A stretch of 64,000 bases of DNA. Origin: Fimbriosthenelais zetlandica. Taxonomy: Eukaryota. This document shows positions 25,891 to 38,579 of this stretch, piece after piece (the stretch's first letter is position 1; each line of letters starts with the position of its first letter). The DNA lies in contig OZ365113.1 of NCBI GenBank assembly GCA_977030845.1, positions 30,566,001 to 30,630,000 on the forward strand. The letters are read 5' to 3'. Made by a program: the position numbers and the translations under genes. The notes under the pieces are model-generated. The model did no database searches. It saw only the letters and a list, made by a program, of their open reading frames with translations, and was not told the DNA's origin.

Positions 25891-27745
25891 ATGACTGAAG
25901 GAAAGAAACAGTGTAGCCCTCGACCAGCAAGAGGAGGTATGGAGGGGACCGGGGTGGGAGGGGCGAGCTCCCCCGAGTCCACCTATACCGAGGTCACGGA
26001 AAGCTCCCTGGTCATTGATGACTCCACTTCCCCCTCATCCTCCCTCTCCTCTTCCCCATTCACTTCCCCAGAAAACAGCAGATCCGCCACGCCCGATCAG
26101 ACCAACAGTGAAGAAGAAATAACTGACGGTAAGTTAAACATATTTTTATATATCATGGAACCAATTAACAATGTTAGGCTAGCCCACGGAAAAACATCAT
26201 GTCCCGAGCTGATTCGGTGAAAATCATATAGACAACATTTTTTATTTGTGTGTACCTTCCCCATTGTATTTTAAGATATAATTTATTTCTAATTAACTTT
26301 TCACTTTATTTGCTTATATTTTATCGATAATTTTTCTGTAATTCATTTTCCCTATCTTGTCATTACAGATGCCAAATCTCTCACCTTAGACACAATGCAT
26401 GCAGCTGCTGTGGACCAGTCCATTTCTAAAACTAAGGGCGGCAGGTTCCTAATTAATCCAGCCCAATTAGCAGCTTTGAATCAGTTACATTCCCAAGTCA
26501 GCCACCCCTCACGCCAGCAATTAGACCAGCTCTCCAAGGAAACTCAACTTTCTGTGAAATCAGTCAAGGTATGCATCCATTAATCTCATCCTCTTTATAA
26601 CAATTATTCTTTTACAATCTATCAGAATAATTATATATAATAGGCCTATATATAATTCTAATAGGCCTTTATACTATAATTAGGCCTAACCTGTAAATAA
26701 TTAGGCCTATAAGTATTTAGGAATACAGAGTGAAACTGACCAAGACTCTCCAATGGCCGATTTTCACTGAAACATATAGCATTTAAGACTCATTTTATTA
26801 AATATTTTCCTTTTCTTATTTCAGCAATGGTTCCAGAACAAACGATCCAAGTGCCGCAAGATGCCCAGAGATGAAAAGCCATGCATCCAGACAGTTAGCA
26901 ACAATTTGATTGGTAAAGCTTGTCACCGACTGGCCACCAAAGACTCTGCAACAGTTACCGTAAAGCAGGAAAAAACCGAGAAAGCTTCTGAGAAGCGACC
27001 TCAACTGGAAGCAGCGCAGGAAGAGGGAACATCCTACCAGCCCATGACTCAGGTCTCTCTGCCCCCAGACCATCCCTTCTGCCAGCTTTTTGGTCAACAA
27101 ATCAACAAGGCAAAATGTGGAACCCGCGCCTGTCGTCGCCAAAATATTCGCGCTTCTATTGAAAATGCCACAAGCACGCCCATAGCACGTCCAGTTGCTG
27201 CACGTCAGCAAGGCAAAGGTGAACGACGTCGGCAACGTCAGCGTCTCATGACGTCACAACCGCAGACGATAACGTCACAGCAGCAGACTATGGCGTCACA
27301 GCAGCAGACGATGGCGTCACAGCAGCAGACAGCATCTCCAATTGTAATCAGGCCCAAACCACAGACTCCAGATCCACAGACGACATCAGCAATTTGGCGA
27401 CCGATGGCCTTGCCAACAAGCACATCTGAGACTGCACCAAAACGCTCCGAATCACCACTCGACCTCTCTGTCACCTTGAAGAGGAAACGCGAAGAGGCCC
27501 ATAAACCGGAAGTAGAACCAATGATCAAAAGGTCACCACTGGAGCCTGTAGGCGGCGCTATGATACATCCTCTTGCTTATCCAGGTGCTGGATATTATGG
27601 ACAAATCGGACAAACCCTCATACCTACAGTGATTCCTCACATACCATACCCCATGGCACCCCTCGCTTTATACGGACAGTCCCATCACCACCTCTGGGCA
27701 TCAGGATTACCTCGGTTTGCTTGTGCCCCTGGCAGCGCCATGTGA
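25891..27745 (+). CDS. Divergent Q50 homeodomain transcription factor (452 aa) with a PLDLS motif
   Basis: Exons 25891-26128, 26369-26568 and 26825-27745 are phase-consistent. Homeodomain: TKGGRFLINPAQLAALNQLHSQVSHPSRQQLDQLSKETQLSVKSVK|QWFQNKRSKCRK, retaining R5, Q12, L13, L16, P26, L34, L40, W48, F49, Q50, N51 and R53. The intron falls between codons 46 and 47. Confidence 0.85.
27251..27334 (+). repeat. Coding 21-bp tandem repeat x4 (TSQPQTI/TSQQQTM/ASQQQTM/ASQQQTA)
   Basis: (A/G)CGTCACAGCAGCAGAC units in frame within homeobox exon 3. Confidence 0.9.
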
Positions 27746-29097
27746 ACAGAAATTCAACATTTGTTACATATTTTTTATCTTGTTTTTGCCTGTTGAACAG
27801 ATCTTGAGCAGTGTTATGGACTGGAGTAGGCACACTGCATCAAAATGGTCGTTCAATTTTTATCAGAATAATTCAATTTTTCGCCGAATTTTCGGGATAA
27901 ATGAATGAACTGTCGCTTACATGAATTAATTTATTGTGATTGAATAGGCCTACAGCATGCGAATATAATTTTGTAATGTAATGCCATCGTTTTTTGGTAC
28001 AAATATTGAAGGAGTCCCTAATTTATAAACTCCCGAATCTTTGGCTTAGAATTATTGTGATGCTATAATTATTTTTCGGTGTAATATGGATATTCGCCTT
28101 GTGTATTATGTAAATAGTTAATTATTAGTAATATATTAGTCACATATATCTAGAACGAATATGTTTATTTGTGGCAAGGTTTTGTTATACCTGTTATGAC
28201 TTTGTTATAATACGGAATGTCTTCATACAACTTTCTAAATAAAATTTTAATTCCAAATTAAATCCTTTGTCATTTATTCTATGGGTTGGCCTCTTTCCCG
28301 CCAAATGTTATCCTAAAATATTATTTCCTTGGCCTTTCTGGTCACACCACCTTTTCTTGAACAACCGATTGTTAAACTCAAACGTTACCTGACCAATCAG
28401 GTGCGAACCTCAAAAGTACCTCAGTGGTCAGTCACTATATATTAGGAGAGTTGTAAGCCTTGTAGGATCACTCTCATCAAGGGCAGCAAAGGAGAACCTC
28501 CTTTCTGCCACCTCACGTCGCTGATCCCAAGATGGGAGTCATTACCATTGGCCCAAGGCAACCTTTATTATTGTAAGTTCGACTTTTATGTCTTCACAAT
28601 CATTGGATAATATTGTTATCATTCAAACATACTGGGTACAATTCATATCAAACAGTCATGTCGGGTTTCTGAAATTGAATCGGAGCCAATAAGGAGTTTG
28701 TCCGTCAGTTACATGTACGTTCCTACCCCTTTCTATAATTATACACCACTTATACAGCCACTTAGAGTGAATACATTTAATTAATAGCATTATTTTGATA
28801 ATTAATTTTCTGGTTTCATGAAGTTGTGCACTAATTGGGTGAATACACTGTATGTAAGTTTAATACATTTACCGCACCACTAAATGTTTCTGAATAAGTT
28901 AACACTGTTACAGCATACAATACAACATTGACCATCGTTATATGACCTGAGTTATTTCCAGTGCTGGTTTCATTATATTAGTAGGCCTACTGTACGTAAA
29001 TCCCGAGATTCTGATCTTACCAATATGAATATAATTCACAACAGCTATAAATGAATCGCAAATGATGATATCAAGTAGAAATGAACAGATCATTTTT

Positions 29098-32000
29098 TTA
29101 TCTGCCACTTGATTCTAATCCCGGCAAGGCAATGTCAAGTACATGCTTGATACTTGGTATAACATGATCTGCCAAAGGATCAAGCTCTTGGACGCGGCCC
29201 ACCCCTGACAGAACCCCAACCGTAGCTCCAAGCTGAGCCGACCTTCCCATTCCCAGATCTGCTGTAGTGTCCCCAATCATAATAGCATGTGCTGGATCGA
29301 CTTTCAACTCAGAACAGATTGTCAAAGCATTTTTTGCTGCTGGTTTAGGAACAGATCCTTTGTCATCACCACAAACGATGGCGTCCACATAGTCAAGGAG
29401 ATCAAGGTGCTGTAGGAAATCTTCAGTCGAAGCTCTGTTATCAGCGGTGCACACGGCCACCTTGATCCCATTGTCCTTCAAAATCCTGAACAAACTCAAT
29501 GGGTTATCCACCTGCTTAAAGCCAAGCTTGTTGTTTTTGCTGGATTTCGTCCAGCTCCGGTGGATGATGTCCTGAGCTTGGTCAGGATGGATGCCATGTT
29601 TCTGTAGGATCTGGGAAACCTTGGTCTGAATTTGCGTATCAGTGCCCTCGGCGAATAAGCCAGACTTCCAGGACTTAGTTTCGTTACAGTATCCCAACTC
29701 TCTGAGGATGTCAGAACGCAAATTCAAACCTGAGACACGCTCAAGACTGAAAAAAATATCCATCGAAAACAGATTAGATCGGTTAAAAACATGAGATAAA
29801 TTGACTTTCGTGCTTTACACAATTAAACGACATGTACTTACTCGCTAATAATACGATCCATCCAAGGTGACCATAGTGTGTTGAAGCATAGCAGCGTCCC
29901 GTCCTTATCAAATATAACAAGTGATGCCTTTTGTCCATTACGTGTTGTTATTTTGTTATCTGGGACAGTAGATGATACAGATTTAGGCTTATCATTCATG
30001 ATCCTTTTGGTAGCTTCTGTGATGTCTTTAACAACGCAATCAGCAGAAGCTGAGAGTTCGAGACGGTTGCCCACCCCAGTCAGCACTCCCACCACAGAGG
30101 CTAACCCTGCCGCTCTCCCCATCTCCATGTCAGCCTGCAAAGACAGAAGTCCGGGAATAAATCCTAGGAATTTGTCTAATATTAATGTGTGGACGATTGT
30201 AGAATTACAGCTAAAATGCCGAATAGTTCTATTAGTACCTGATTTGTAATTATAATTTGCAATGATCTACTCTTTTTCATTGACAGCAATGGTACAAGTC
30301 AGTTTCTCCATGTCTGTCACCACAGTATAGCAGACATAGCAGATCATTAACCCTGCCTTTTACATGTCTCTCACCATGACTTGGCTCTTATACATGTCTG
30401 TCATCAACACCCACACCCTTAATAAAGTAAAAAGGTATTAAACAGATAAAAGTATCAAATATAACAATTACAGGAGTGTCTCCTATGAGGCAAGCTTTGG
30501 CTGGGTTGACACCTAGTGTGTTACAGATATGTAGCACATTATGTCGATCAGGTTTTGGTCGGCTCTCTTTGTCATCTCCACACAAGATGTAGTCTAGTTT
30601 GTCACCAACACCCAGACCATCAAGGACCTTCACTGTCCTCCATCGAGTGTCTGAAGTACATAAAGCGATCTGGATGTTCTCTGACCTCAGTTGATCCAAG
30701 ATGGATGTAATGTTTCCAAGTTGAGTCACATTGAATGTGTTAGCAGGCCGGCTTTTCTAGAGAAAGACAATAAAATGAAATGTCAATATCTACAATATTA
30801 ATATTGGCGCTCCCTGGGAGTTGTGTTCACTGAGAGAACCCCCAGAAATAGCCTCAGGTGACCCAAAATCTGCAGGACTATCCGCTCGCAATGTGGATAT
30901 TGTATTTTAATAGACTGATGAAGAATAATGGCCTACCTGCCAGCAGATATTGCCTAACCATTGGGCTCTGGATTGCTCTACACCTAGAGAGAGTAACAGA
31001 TCCTGTATTTCCTGTCTGATCTGCCAGCTTGCCCCATGCCCAGCCAGTCCTGATCTAACCTTGCCTGTATAAGGACAAATATCTAATCTCTCATAAATCT
31101 GGTCCTTCAAACTCAGTTGTGTCTCTCTTTCCAACCTGCAATGAAATTATTACATTTTACTAATTTACAACAATAATATAATAACACCAGATTTCGTGAT
31201 TTTTGCCTACATGTAGGCTATACCTTTTCACATATTCTTGAATCCATGGTGACCAATGGTGGTGAAAATCAACGAGTGTACCATTCTTATCAAATATCAC
31301 AAGTTCAGGACGACCTGCAGAGTGCAGATATTGTACTCCTGGAAAAAAGATCATTATTGCCTTTATCCGTTATAGACTTATCAACATAATTCTGGTTTAA
31401 AAGCTTGGAAACTCCAAAAGAGATTTTCCATATTACATTACAATCATTCCTGTGGGGCGGGGGGGGGGGGTTGAGTGTGTTGGTGGGTGGGGCGAGGTAA
31501 GTCCCTCAGTACAAATGGGCAAATGCTACCTGTGTAGATGAACCACCTATAAGAACTTAACCCGGGTTCTCCACCAATGTTATGCCCATGTTAGCATGGA
31601 TGAACATGTAAGGAGAAGACCATATTATATTTCCTGAGATGTTTTATTGCTTAAGGTGGTATATATGATCTTTACTATAGGGAAGCCTATACTATAGAGT
31701 ATAAAATCATGACATATACTATATTATAAAATATAATATGATACATACATCATTACATGCTTATGGTGGTATGCTGGTCCAGGTGGACGTATTTTAAATA
31801 GCCAACACATTCTAATAGATTATACTTGTAAAGATGTATCATGTTATTGATGGATTAGTGTGAATTGTATTTCTAATCCTTAAACCTGTCAGTCATGGAT
31901 TAAAACCTTTATATAAGGTAAGAGAAAATTCATACCGCATAAAATATGCAGCAAGTGGATCTATTAGTGATGCCCTTATGTATAATAAATAGTTAGGCCC

Positions 32001-32217
32001 GTATATAGAAAGTATTTCATACTAAAGTTTAATAATTAAAGTGGACCTTGAAGTGGCTCTATCCCAGGTCTTTCCTGGTTCACCTCTGCATCTTTTCTTT
32101 CTCATAACTGAAATGTGATAGTGCCGCTTTTAAAATCAATAAATCAGACAAACCTGTGAAAATCCGCGGTAGAGAAGTCGATGAGATGACCCTATGAATA
32201 CTCCGAAGTGAATGCAT
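29098..32217 (-). CDS. Tandem two-domain HAD-superfamily hydrolase (phosphoglycolate phosphatase/PpaX-like, C1 cap), 534 aa, with a predicted mitochondrial leader
   Basis: Exons 32217-32154, 31338-31224, 31135-30937, 30756-30472, 30134-29842 and 29746-29098 are phase-consistent (1605 nt). HAD motifs I-IV occur twice: [27 protein letters not shown] and [28 protein letters not shown] possible non-coding first exon ends at the GTGAGT donor at 33757. Confidence 0.85.
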
Positions 32218-32843
32218 TTTCTGGAAAATATATTTGTATAATATGTACAATGTACATGCATGTAGAGAGTAAGTTTTATAACATCGGTATCGTATCACAT
32301 TTGTCTGATAATCGACTATATAATTTGATCAAGGGTAGGGGAGCGCACTAATAATATGCATTAAAAGTGTTATAAGCATATAACATGCAGGCCTCTCGCC
32401 ACCGACTGTGGGAGATGTAGCTGGCCTCTTACATGCCTCTTACCAGAGACTGTAGGAAGTCTACTGTAGGATATATAGCTTGTCGCTTACATGCCTCTCA
32501 CCGCAGATAGTAAGATACATGGATGGTCTCTTATTGATAATACAGTTAGATAAGCGGTGATGGAAGGTCTGAATGTGGCTCTTGATCCCCTTTCCCTTCA
32601 AAAATAATTCACGATCTCCATATAAAAAACAAGGCAGCAAAATAATTAGTGGTAAAAATATTACGTAGATTTCCTTGAACTACCTCGCAAGTGATGGGAT
32701 AGGCCAGGTTAAACAGTGTAAGTACGTATCTTTCTCATTTAGTATCTGGTTTACGATCTGGTTTAAGATATCAGAGATAACTGAGATTTATAAGATAAAA
32801 GATGTTTGGCATTGAAACTACCAATGGAGCATAATATTATGGC

Positions 32844-32920
32844 CAGGCGCGGATTTCGGGGAAACGCTTAGCCTGACCCCCGCCCCACCCCCCTTTAGAA
32901 AAATCCTGGATCCGCCCCTG
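32844..32920. mobile_element. Mini-MITE of the CAGGGGCGGATCC type
   Basis: CAGGCGCGGAT ... GGATCCGCCCCTG, flanked by ATGGC and ATGGT (near-perfect 5-bp duplication). Confidence 0.5.
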
Positions 32921-33940
32921 ATGGTATAAAGTATGGACAATAATATTATGCTAATCATTTAACATGAACCTGTACAGTTTCTAGGTATGCATGGATACAA
33001 GTCAGGCTAGCCAATAAGGTATTTTCTAGAGATTCGAATAAATTTAATTAAACAATTATCTTTGATAAGTTTGGATCCAGTCCGAAGAAGTGTGCATACG
33101 AATGTTGAAGGCTATAGAATAATGTTGAGGATTCCAGGTTTACTTAGTTATACTGTACTTTATTGATCCTGTTCAGAGTACAATGCCCCATACACTAATA
33201 ATTATTATATAATCTTAACTTAAGTAACATTAAGTATGTGCTGGACGCAGGCTTCATACCTCTATATCCAGATCTCGACCGTAGAGCTGGTTTTGGCAGA
33301 TATAAAGCTAAGGCAATGCTAAATATTTCTGAATAGACTACATGTAGCTAGGAATTATTGATATGCATCTAGATATCTAGATTGGGAAACGTTACAATTA
33401 TGGAGACATGGATATACAAGCATGAAAGGGATATGATATTGACATTTAAACATGTATACATACATTTGAAGTATACATTGAAATATTACAATAGATAACA
33501 CATGGGAAAATATATGCTGGTAGTGCCTATGCTGACAGTTGACAACTATATCCATGGCAACACTCTAATTCTTATTGAGGGACCGCGCTTTGTCATTATC
33601 ATAATTAAATCATTCACATTAAAGAATATATATATGCAACGGCTCTATGATACTCTGAAATCCACCATAATTTTCGCCATAGATATAGACCTATGCCCTA
33701 GGTTAAGATAAAGTAAAATAAAATAAAATAAAATGCAGGATGTTAGTTTAACTCACCTCCAACCTGAGTGGTTCCGGTCCTCTGTGTGTGCTTGGCCTTG
33801 CTTAACTAAACTATCTGACACATTATTGACGTATGTACTTTACATGTGATGGAAATGTTGGCGGAAAATTCCACGTCATCTGATAGTGGTAGGAACATGT
33901 ATTATTCACATTAGGCTCGAGTTCAGAATATATGATCCAG

Positions 33941-34010
33941 GGGCCTGTTTCAAAAGGAATAATATTCACAATGCTAAGTATATGGCTAATATTCGTTTTG
34001 AAACGGGCCC
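33941..34010. mobile_element. 70-bp Harbinger-type mini-MITE
   Basis: GGGCCTGTTTCAAAA / TTTTGAAACGGGCCC inverted ends with CAG duplicated on both sides. Confidence 0.7.
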
Positions 34011-35057
34011 CAGGAGATTATCCTCTACTAATGAAATAGGTAACAGGAAGGAAGGCAATTGGTTATTTCAGGCAGGGGGCCAAGTCTGGCCTAAGGCGGC
34101 TGAGGAAGGGTGGGGGAGGGGGTGGGAAGAGGGGGGGGGGGGGGGTACAGTAGACGGCAGTGAGTGGTTGCTATAACAAAATAACTATAACAAAACAGAT
34201 TATAACTATACAAAAGTAAAACATTAAATAAAACTATTTAAGCCGCCTTCATAAGCCTTCATAAGCATACTTATTTCCATTATCAAGGAGAAGTCCATGA
34301 AAAAGTACCGCTTTTTCAGATTTCAGATAAGATATATGAGAGTAATAATGAAAGGCACGTTGATGAGGTTCATATAAATAATTTATGAACGCAATAGACG
34401 TTGAGTGCTAAAATATGAGTTCTAAAAATTTAATATACATGATGCCCAGGTGAGTAGGGTAGTGATGCAAGCCCAGTAAATGAGGTGACCCTGTTCATGA
34501 CATCTATGTCAATTTATATTTCAACCAGGGTGTGAAGACATTCCACCATTATTATAGTATAAGAGACATAAGATGTTAATGAGCTCATTAACATTCTTAG
34601 TGACATTCTTGTTTATTGGAAGTTTTACCTTTAATGTTGGATAACATTGACTTTTAAATACCACTATAATCTGGGCTAGCCCAGAGTATAATGATAGATG
34701 CAGATGATAATGACTTAAGTTCATTAAGTTTAACAATTAAGAAGAAACAACTGAATGGAAATGGCCCGCTTTAGAAGTAAGATATATCGTCAGTAGCTAT
34801 GGTGCATATATATTGAATATAATTATGAGGATTCAATTAAAGCTCAGTTAGCCATTGTCCCTCTCCCTTGCCTTCACCCTCTCCCCCTAGTAGGCCTACT
34901 GTACTGCTAAATGGGATAGATGGATGAGATGCATTTAAAAGAACAATCATTTTAGGCAACATTACATGATTAGCCGTTGCTGCAACGCAAATTTAAATTT
35001 ACATACCACTGCAGGAAAACAATGACACAACAGAATTTTTGTTTGATTTTAACTTTA

Positions 35058-36257
35058 TTAAGTAATAGTGCTTAACTTTTTTTCCATTTTCTCTTTTATA
35101 ATAGTTATAACTGTAGGGAGAGTGATTCCAGTGACTGCTATAAATATACCAAGTATTTCTGTTACATCGCCATAGCTGTGCAGGAATATAGTAGGCATCA
35201 AGTACTGTGGTATCATAGAAAAAATAAACTTAGATGTCAAGATTAGAGAACCCATCACTGGCTTCAGATTTCTTTGAGCATGTAAACCAAAGGTATTTGC
35301 AAAGGTTGCAGTCAGAGTATGTGAAAATATTAAAGCCCAAGTTACTGGGTCCTGGTGAAAGTATTGATGTTCAGCAAACACACTGGCAATTATGGACATG
35401 AAGAATGCAGCCACTCCACTCCATAAACAAATCTGGAAGATGCCTTCAGAATAAAGCTCTGGTGTTCTAACTAAAAGGGTTCTGGCTGTAACACTGATGC
35501 CTCCAACCATGGCCACAAAATATCCAGGCAAAGCTTCCTGTGTTAACACTATGTTCTGAGATCCTGTTGTGAGAGTAGTATCCCCATTTAAAGTGGTATT
35601 AAGTCCATTAGTCCCAACAGAAGTTGCAAAATACCTATCCGTCATATTCTTACTATGGTTGTTCACTTCGGTATAGTTTTCCCAGTTCTTAGATGATACA
35701 TTATTACTCTTGAGAAGATTTTCTATTTTCTGGGAACCTGTTGCCATAACAAGTTTTTCACCCAATTTTATGGGCGATTTATGATGAAAAAGTGATTCTG
35801 GTTGCAAAATCATCATTTCTCCGACTACTGTCAACAAAAAGAAAAAGGCATACATCCATGCATTTTCTGGTCTCCTGAAGATCATCGATACAACAAATGT
35901 GCCAATGAAAGTGCTTGCTCCAAAAGTGACCGTCAGGTTTGCAAGAGGAGCAAAGGTTGCTCCATAATACATGCCCAGATTGAATAATATACTGAAGATA
36001 CCAAGTAAGATAATCCAATGTGTCTTCTTAGGATCAATTCGGAACTGATTGCCACTTGTAATCCATACTAATAGGGCAGAAATAATGATATCAACTAGGT
36101 AGCGGTAGGCACTGAGTTGCATTGGTGAGATTCTATGTCCAATCATCTGAACAAAACAACTGCTTAATATAGTCAGAATTACACATCCTAAACAAGTGAA
36201 GTAACCCAGGTTACAAGGAAACCAAGTATTAATCCTTTTGTAGCAATTACTTTCCAT
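35058..36257 (-). CDS. SLC35G/EamA-like drug-metabolite transporter, intronless, paralog 1
   Basis: 399-aa single-exon ORF with about 10 hydrophobic segments in two halves. It has an EamA-like start (ISPMQLSAYRYLV) and YYGATFAPLA, and is paralogous to the next two ORFs. Confidence 0.8.
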   Translation of the reverse strand: MESNCYKRINTWFPCNLGYFTCLGCVILTILSSCFVQMIGHRISPMQLSAYRYLVDIIISALLVWITSGNQFRIDPKKTHWIILLGIFSILFNLGMYYGATFAPLANLTVTFGASTFIGTFVVSMIFRRPENAWMYAFFFLLTVVGEMMILQPESLFHHKSPIKLGEKLVMATGSQKIENLLKSNNVSSKNWENYTEVNNHSKNMTDRYFATSVGTNGLNTTLNGDTTLTTGSQNIVLTQEALPGYFVAMVGGISVTARTLLVRTPELYSEGIFQICLWSGVAAFFMSIIASVFAEHQYFHQDPVTWALIFSHTLTATFANTFGLHAQRNLKPVMGSLILTSKFIFSMIPQYLMPTIFLHSYGDVTEILGIFIAVTGITLPTVITIIKEKMEKKLSTIT

Positions 36258-37397
36258 CCTCCCAATGAAAAGGTCCTTCCACGGTGGTGATTTACTCTGA
36301 AGCTTATGCCTATAGATAGTTTCCCTTGATCAGTTTCTTCAGATTCACTGCTGTTCTATGTTTCCAAACGTATTCAGGTCCATTTTGAACAAATTCATTC
36401 ATCACCCTTCTCTATATTTATCAATGCTAAGCTTCAGTGAAGATCCCCAAATAGGCTACCACCAGTGAAACCTTTATGAGTTGTATACATCTTTCATGCG
36501 TGGATAGATACCCAGGTCCTGACTTAATTGGGCTTGGAAACGTGCAGCATTCTGGCTTATATTAAGGTCAGGAAGGCTAAGGATGTACCTGTATACTAGA
36601 ACTTGCATTAAATGTATAGATACAATATCGATGATAAATTTTGATCTTTTACAGAACAGTAACAGTTACAGATTATTTCTGATTATAAACTTTCCCCTAT
36701 AACTGTAGTGTAAAGTACAGCGTATGAAAAAAAAATTGGTCGTTTCGTTACTGGACCCTCTAGTTACTGCCCCGTCAGATTATACAATTACTGAAATGAT
36801 CCAATGGGTGTATGGAACAATGTGGAGATCTTTAACACTAGTATAGTATTTTGTAATGAGTAGGCCTATGACAGAAAGATTATGGCTGACTGTATGTCTC
36901 CGTAGAGAGAAATCAATTCCTAAACATCCCAATTAAGCCGCCCCAGTCACGGGGCAGCCATCTTTTAGCAAGTATAATGTCACAGGATGTCTCATGGTGT
37001 TGCTTAGCAAATCAGAAGAAGGAAGGGGTTGGTGCCATTTTTCTACTCAAGGGGACGCTATATAACAATCCAGTCTCAGCTCTGGCGTGTCCCTGGCGTT
37101 GTATAAAGACGGAAACCACTTTGGTGTGTCCGCATCATAAATTTAAGTACACCACACGTCCTAAATTAATTTGATACTTATTGCGTGCTCCAGCCCATAG
37201 TTCCCCCTATCTGGATCGCTGCACAACTTAGGTATAATTATAGTTTCATGTGGCCCTGTCGCCAGACCCTTACACTGAAGAGGCATCCCTATAGTGAATC
37301 ATTTCATGTAAACCCATTAACCTGTAGGAGAAGAATGACTCGACATGGAAAACTTCATTCGTAACAGATCATTTATATGAAGAAGCTTCTTGTTAAA

Positions 37398-38579
37398 ATG
37401 GAACACAGTGGATCCAACGGACGTGTTAACAGATATTGTAACTTTAATCTAGGTTACCTCACTTGTATAGGAGCTACCACAATGTCTATATTAAGCAGTT
37501 CGTTTGTTCAGATGGTTGGGAAAAGCGTGCCTCCAATGCAACTCAATGCCTACCGCTACCTAGTTGATATAATTATTTCTGCCATATTCGTATGGGTTAC
37601 TTGCGGTAATCAATTCCAAATTGACCCTAAAAACGCCCATTTTATTATTTTACTTGGGGTGTTCAGTATATTTATCAACGTAGGCCTCTATTATGGGGCA
37701 ACTTTTGCTCCTCTTGCAAACCTTAATATCACCTATGGAGCTAGTACTTTCATCAGTACTTTTATAGCAACGTTCATGTTCAGAAAATCAGAAACTTCTT
37801 GGCTTTATGTCATCTTCTTCGTGGTAACAATAGTCGGGGAGGTCATGATCTTGCAACCAGAACCATTCTTTCATCATGATTTATCTACAAAAAATGGAAA
37901 TAATGCAATGGATTTCCCGAACAGTTCATATGCTTCTCATGATAACATCTGGCTAAATCATACACATCTGTACCGACATGAGAAGAACATGTCTGATAAA
38001 TTTAGGTATGTGTCTTCTGGAATAAATACTGGAAATGAATCGTTTCACAGTGATAATACAAATATTATACTAACCGAAAATATGGCTACAACAGGAATAG
38101 CTCTCCCTGGATATATTCTGGCCATGATTGGAGGTCTAAGCATCACAGTCAGAACATTTTTGGTTAAATCACCAGGTCTCCATTACGAGGGCATCTTTCA
38201 GATTTGTTTGTGGATAGCTGTTGCTGCATTTTTGATGTCGGTGATCGCCAGTGCCTTTGCTGAGCACCAATCGTTCCAACTGGACCCTGTAATTTGGGCT
38301 TTGGTATGTGCACATACCATGACTGCATCTTTAGCCAGTACTTGCATCTTGCATGCACAAAGAAATCTGAAACCAGTGATCTGCTCTTTAATATTGACAT
38401 CTAAGTTTGTTTTATCTATGATACCACAGTATTTGATGCCAACTATGTTTCTGCACAGCTATGGAAATTTATCAGAAATGTTTGGTATATTGTTAGCAGT
38501 TGCCGGAATTACAATTCCTACTATTTTAACCATATTGAAGGAGAAGAAGGAAAACATTGATTCACCAACACTCCGTTAA
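37398..38579 (+). CDS. SLC35G/EamA-like transporter, intronless, paralog 2
   Basis: Aligns end to end with paralogs 1 and 3 (VPPMQLNAYRYLVDIIISA, YYGATFAPLANL, QPEP, ALPGY, EGIFQI, SMIPQYLMPT). The start is placed at MEHSG by comparison with MESN and MEHN in the other two. Confidence 0.8.
   Translation: MEHSGSNGRVNRYCNFNLGYLTCIGATTMSILSSSFVQMVGKSVPPMQLNAYRYLVDIIISAIFVWVTCGNQFQIDPKNAHFIILLGVFSIFINVGLYYGATFAPLANLNITYGASTFISTFIATFMFRKSETSWLYVIFFVVTIVGEVMILQPEPFFHHDLSTKNGNNAMDFPNSSYASHDNIWLNHTHLYRHEKNMSDKFRYVSSGINTGNESFHSDNTNIILTENMATTGIALPGYILAMIGGLSITVRTFLVKSPGLHYEGIFQICLWIAVAAFLMSVIASAFAEHQSFQLDPVIWALVCAHTMTASLASTCILHAQRNLKPVICSLILTSKFVLSMIPQYLMPTMFLHSYGNLSEMFGILLAVAGITIPTILTILKEKKENIDSPTLR

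Noticed and set aside
26816-27528. Antisense ORFs over homeobox exon 3 (e.g. CCCDAIV repeats)
   Set aside because: Shadow frames of the real CDS and its 21-bp repeat.
28330-28560. CCAAT plus TATATA patch after the homeobox gene, suggesting a small RNA gene
   Set aside because: No recognisable snRNA or tRNA structure follows.
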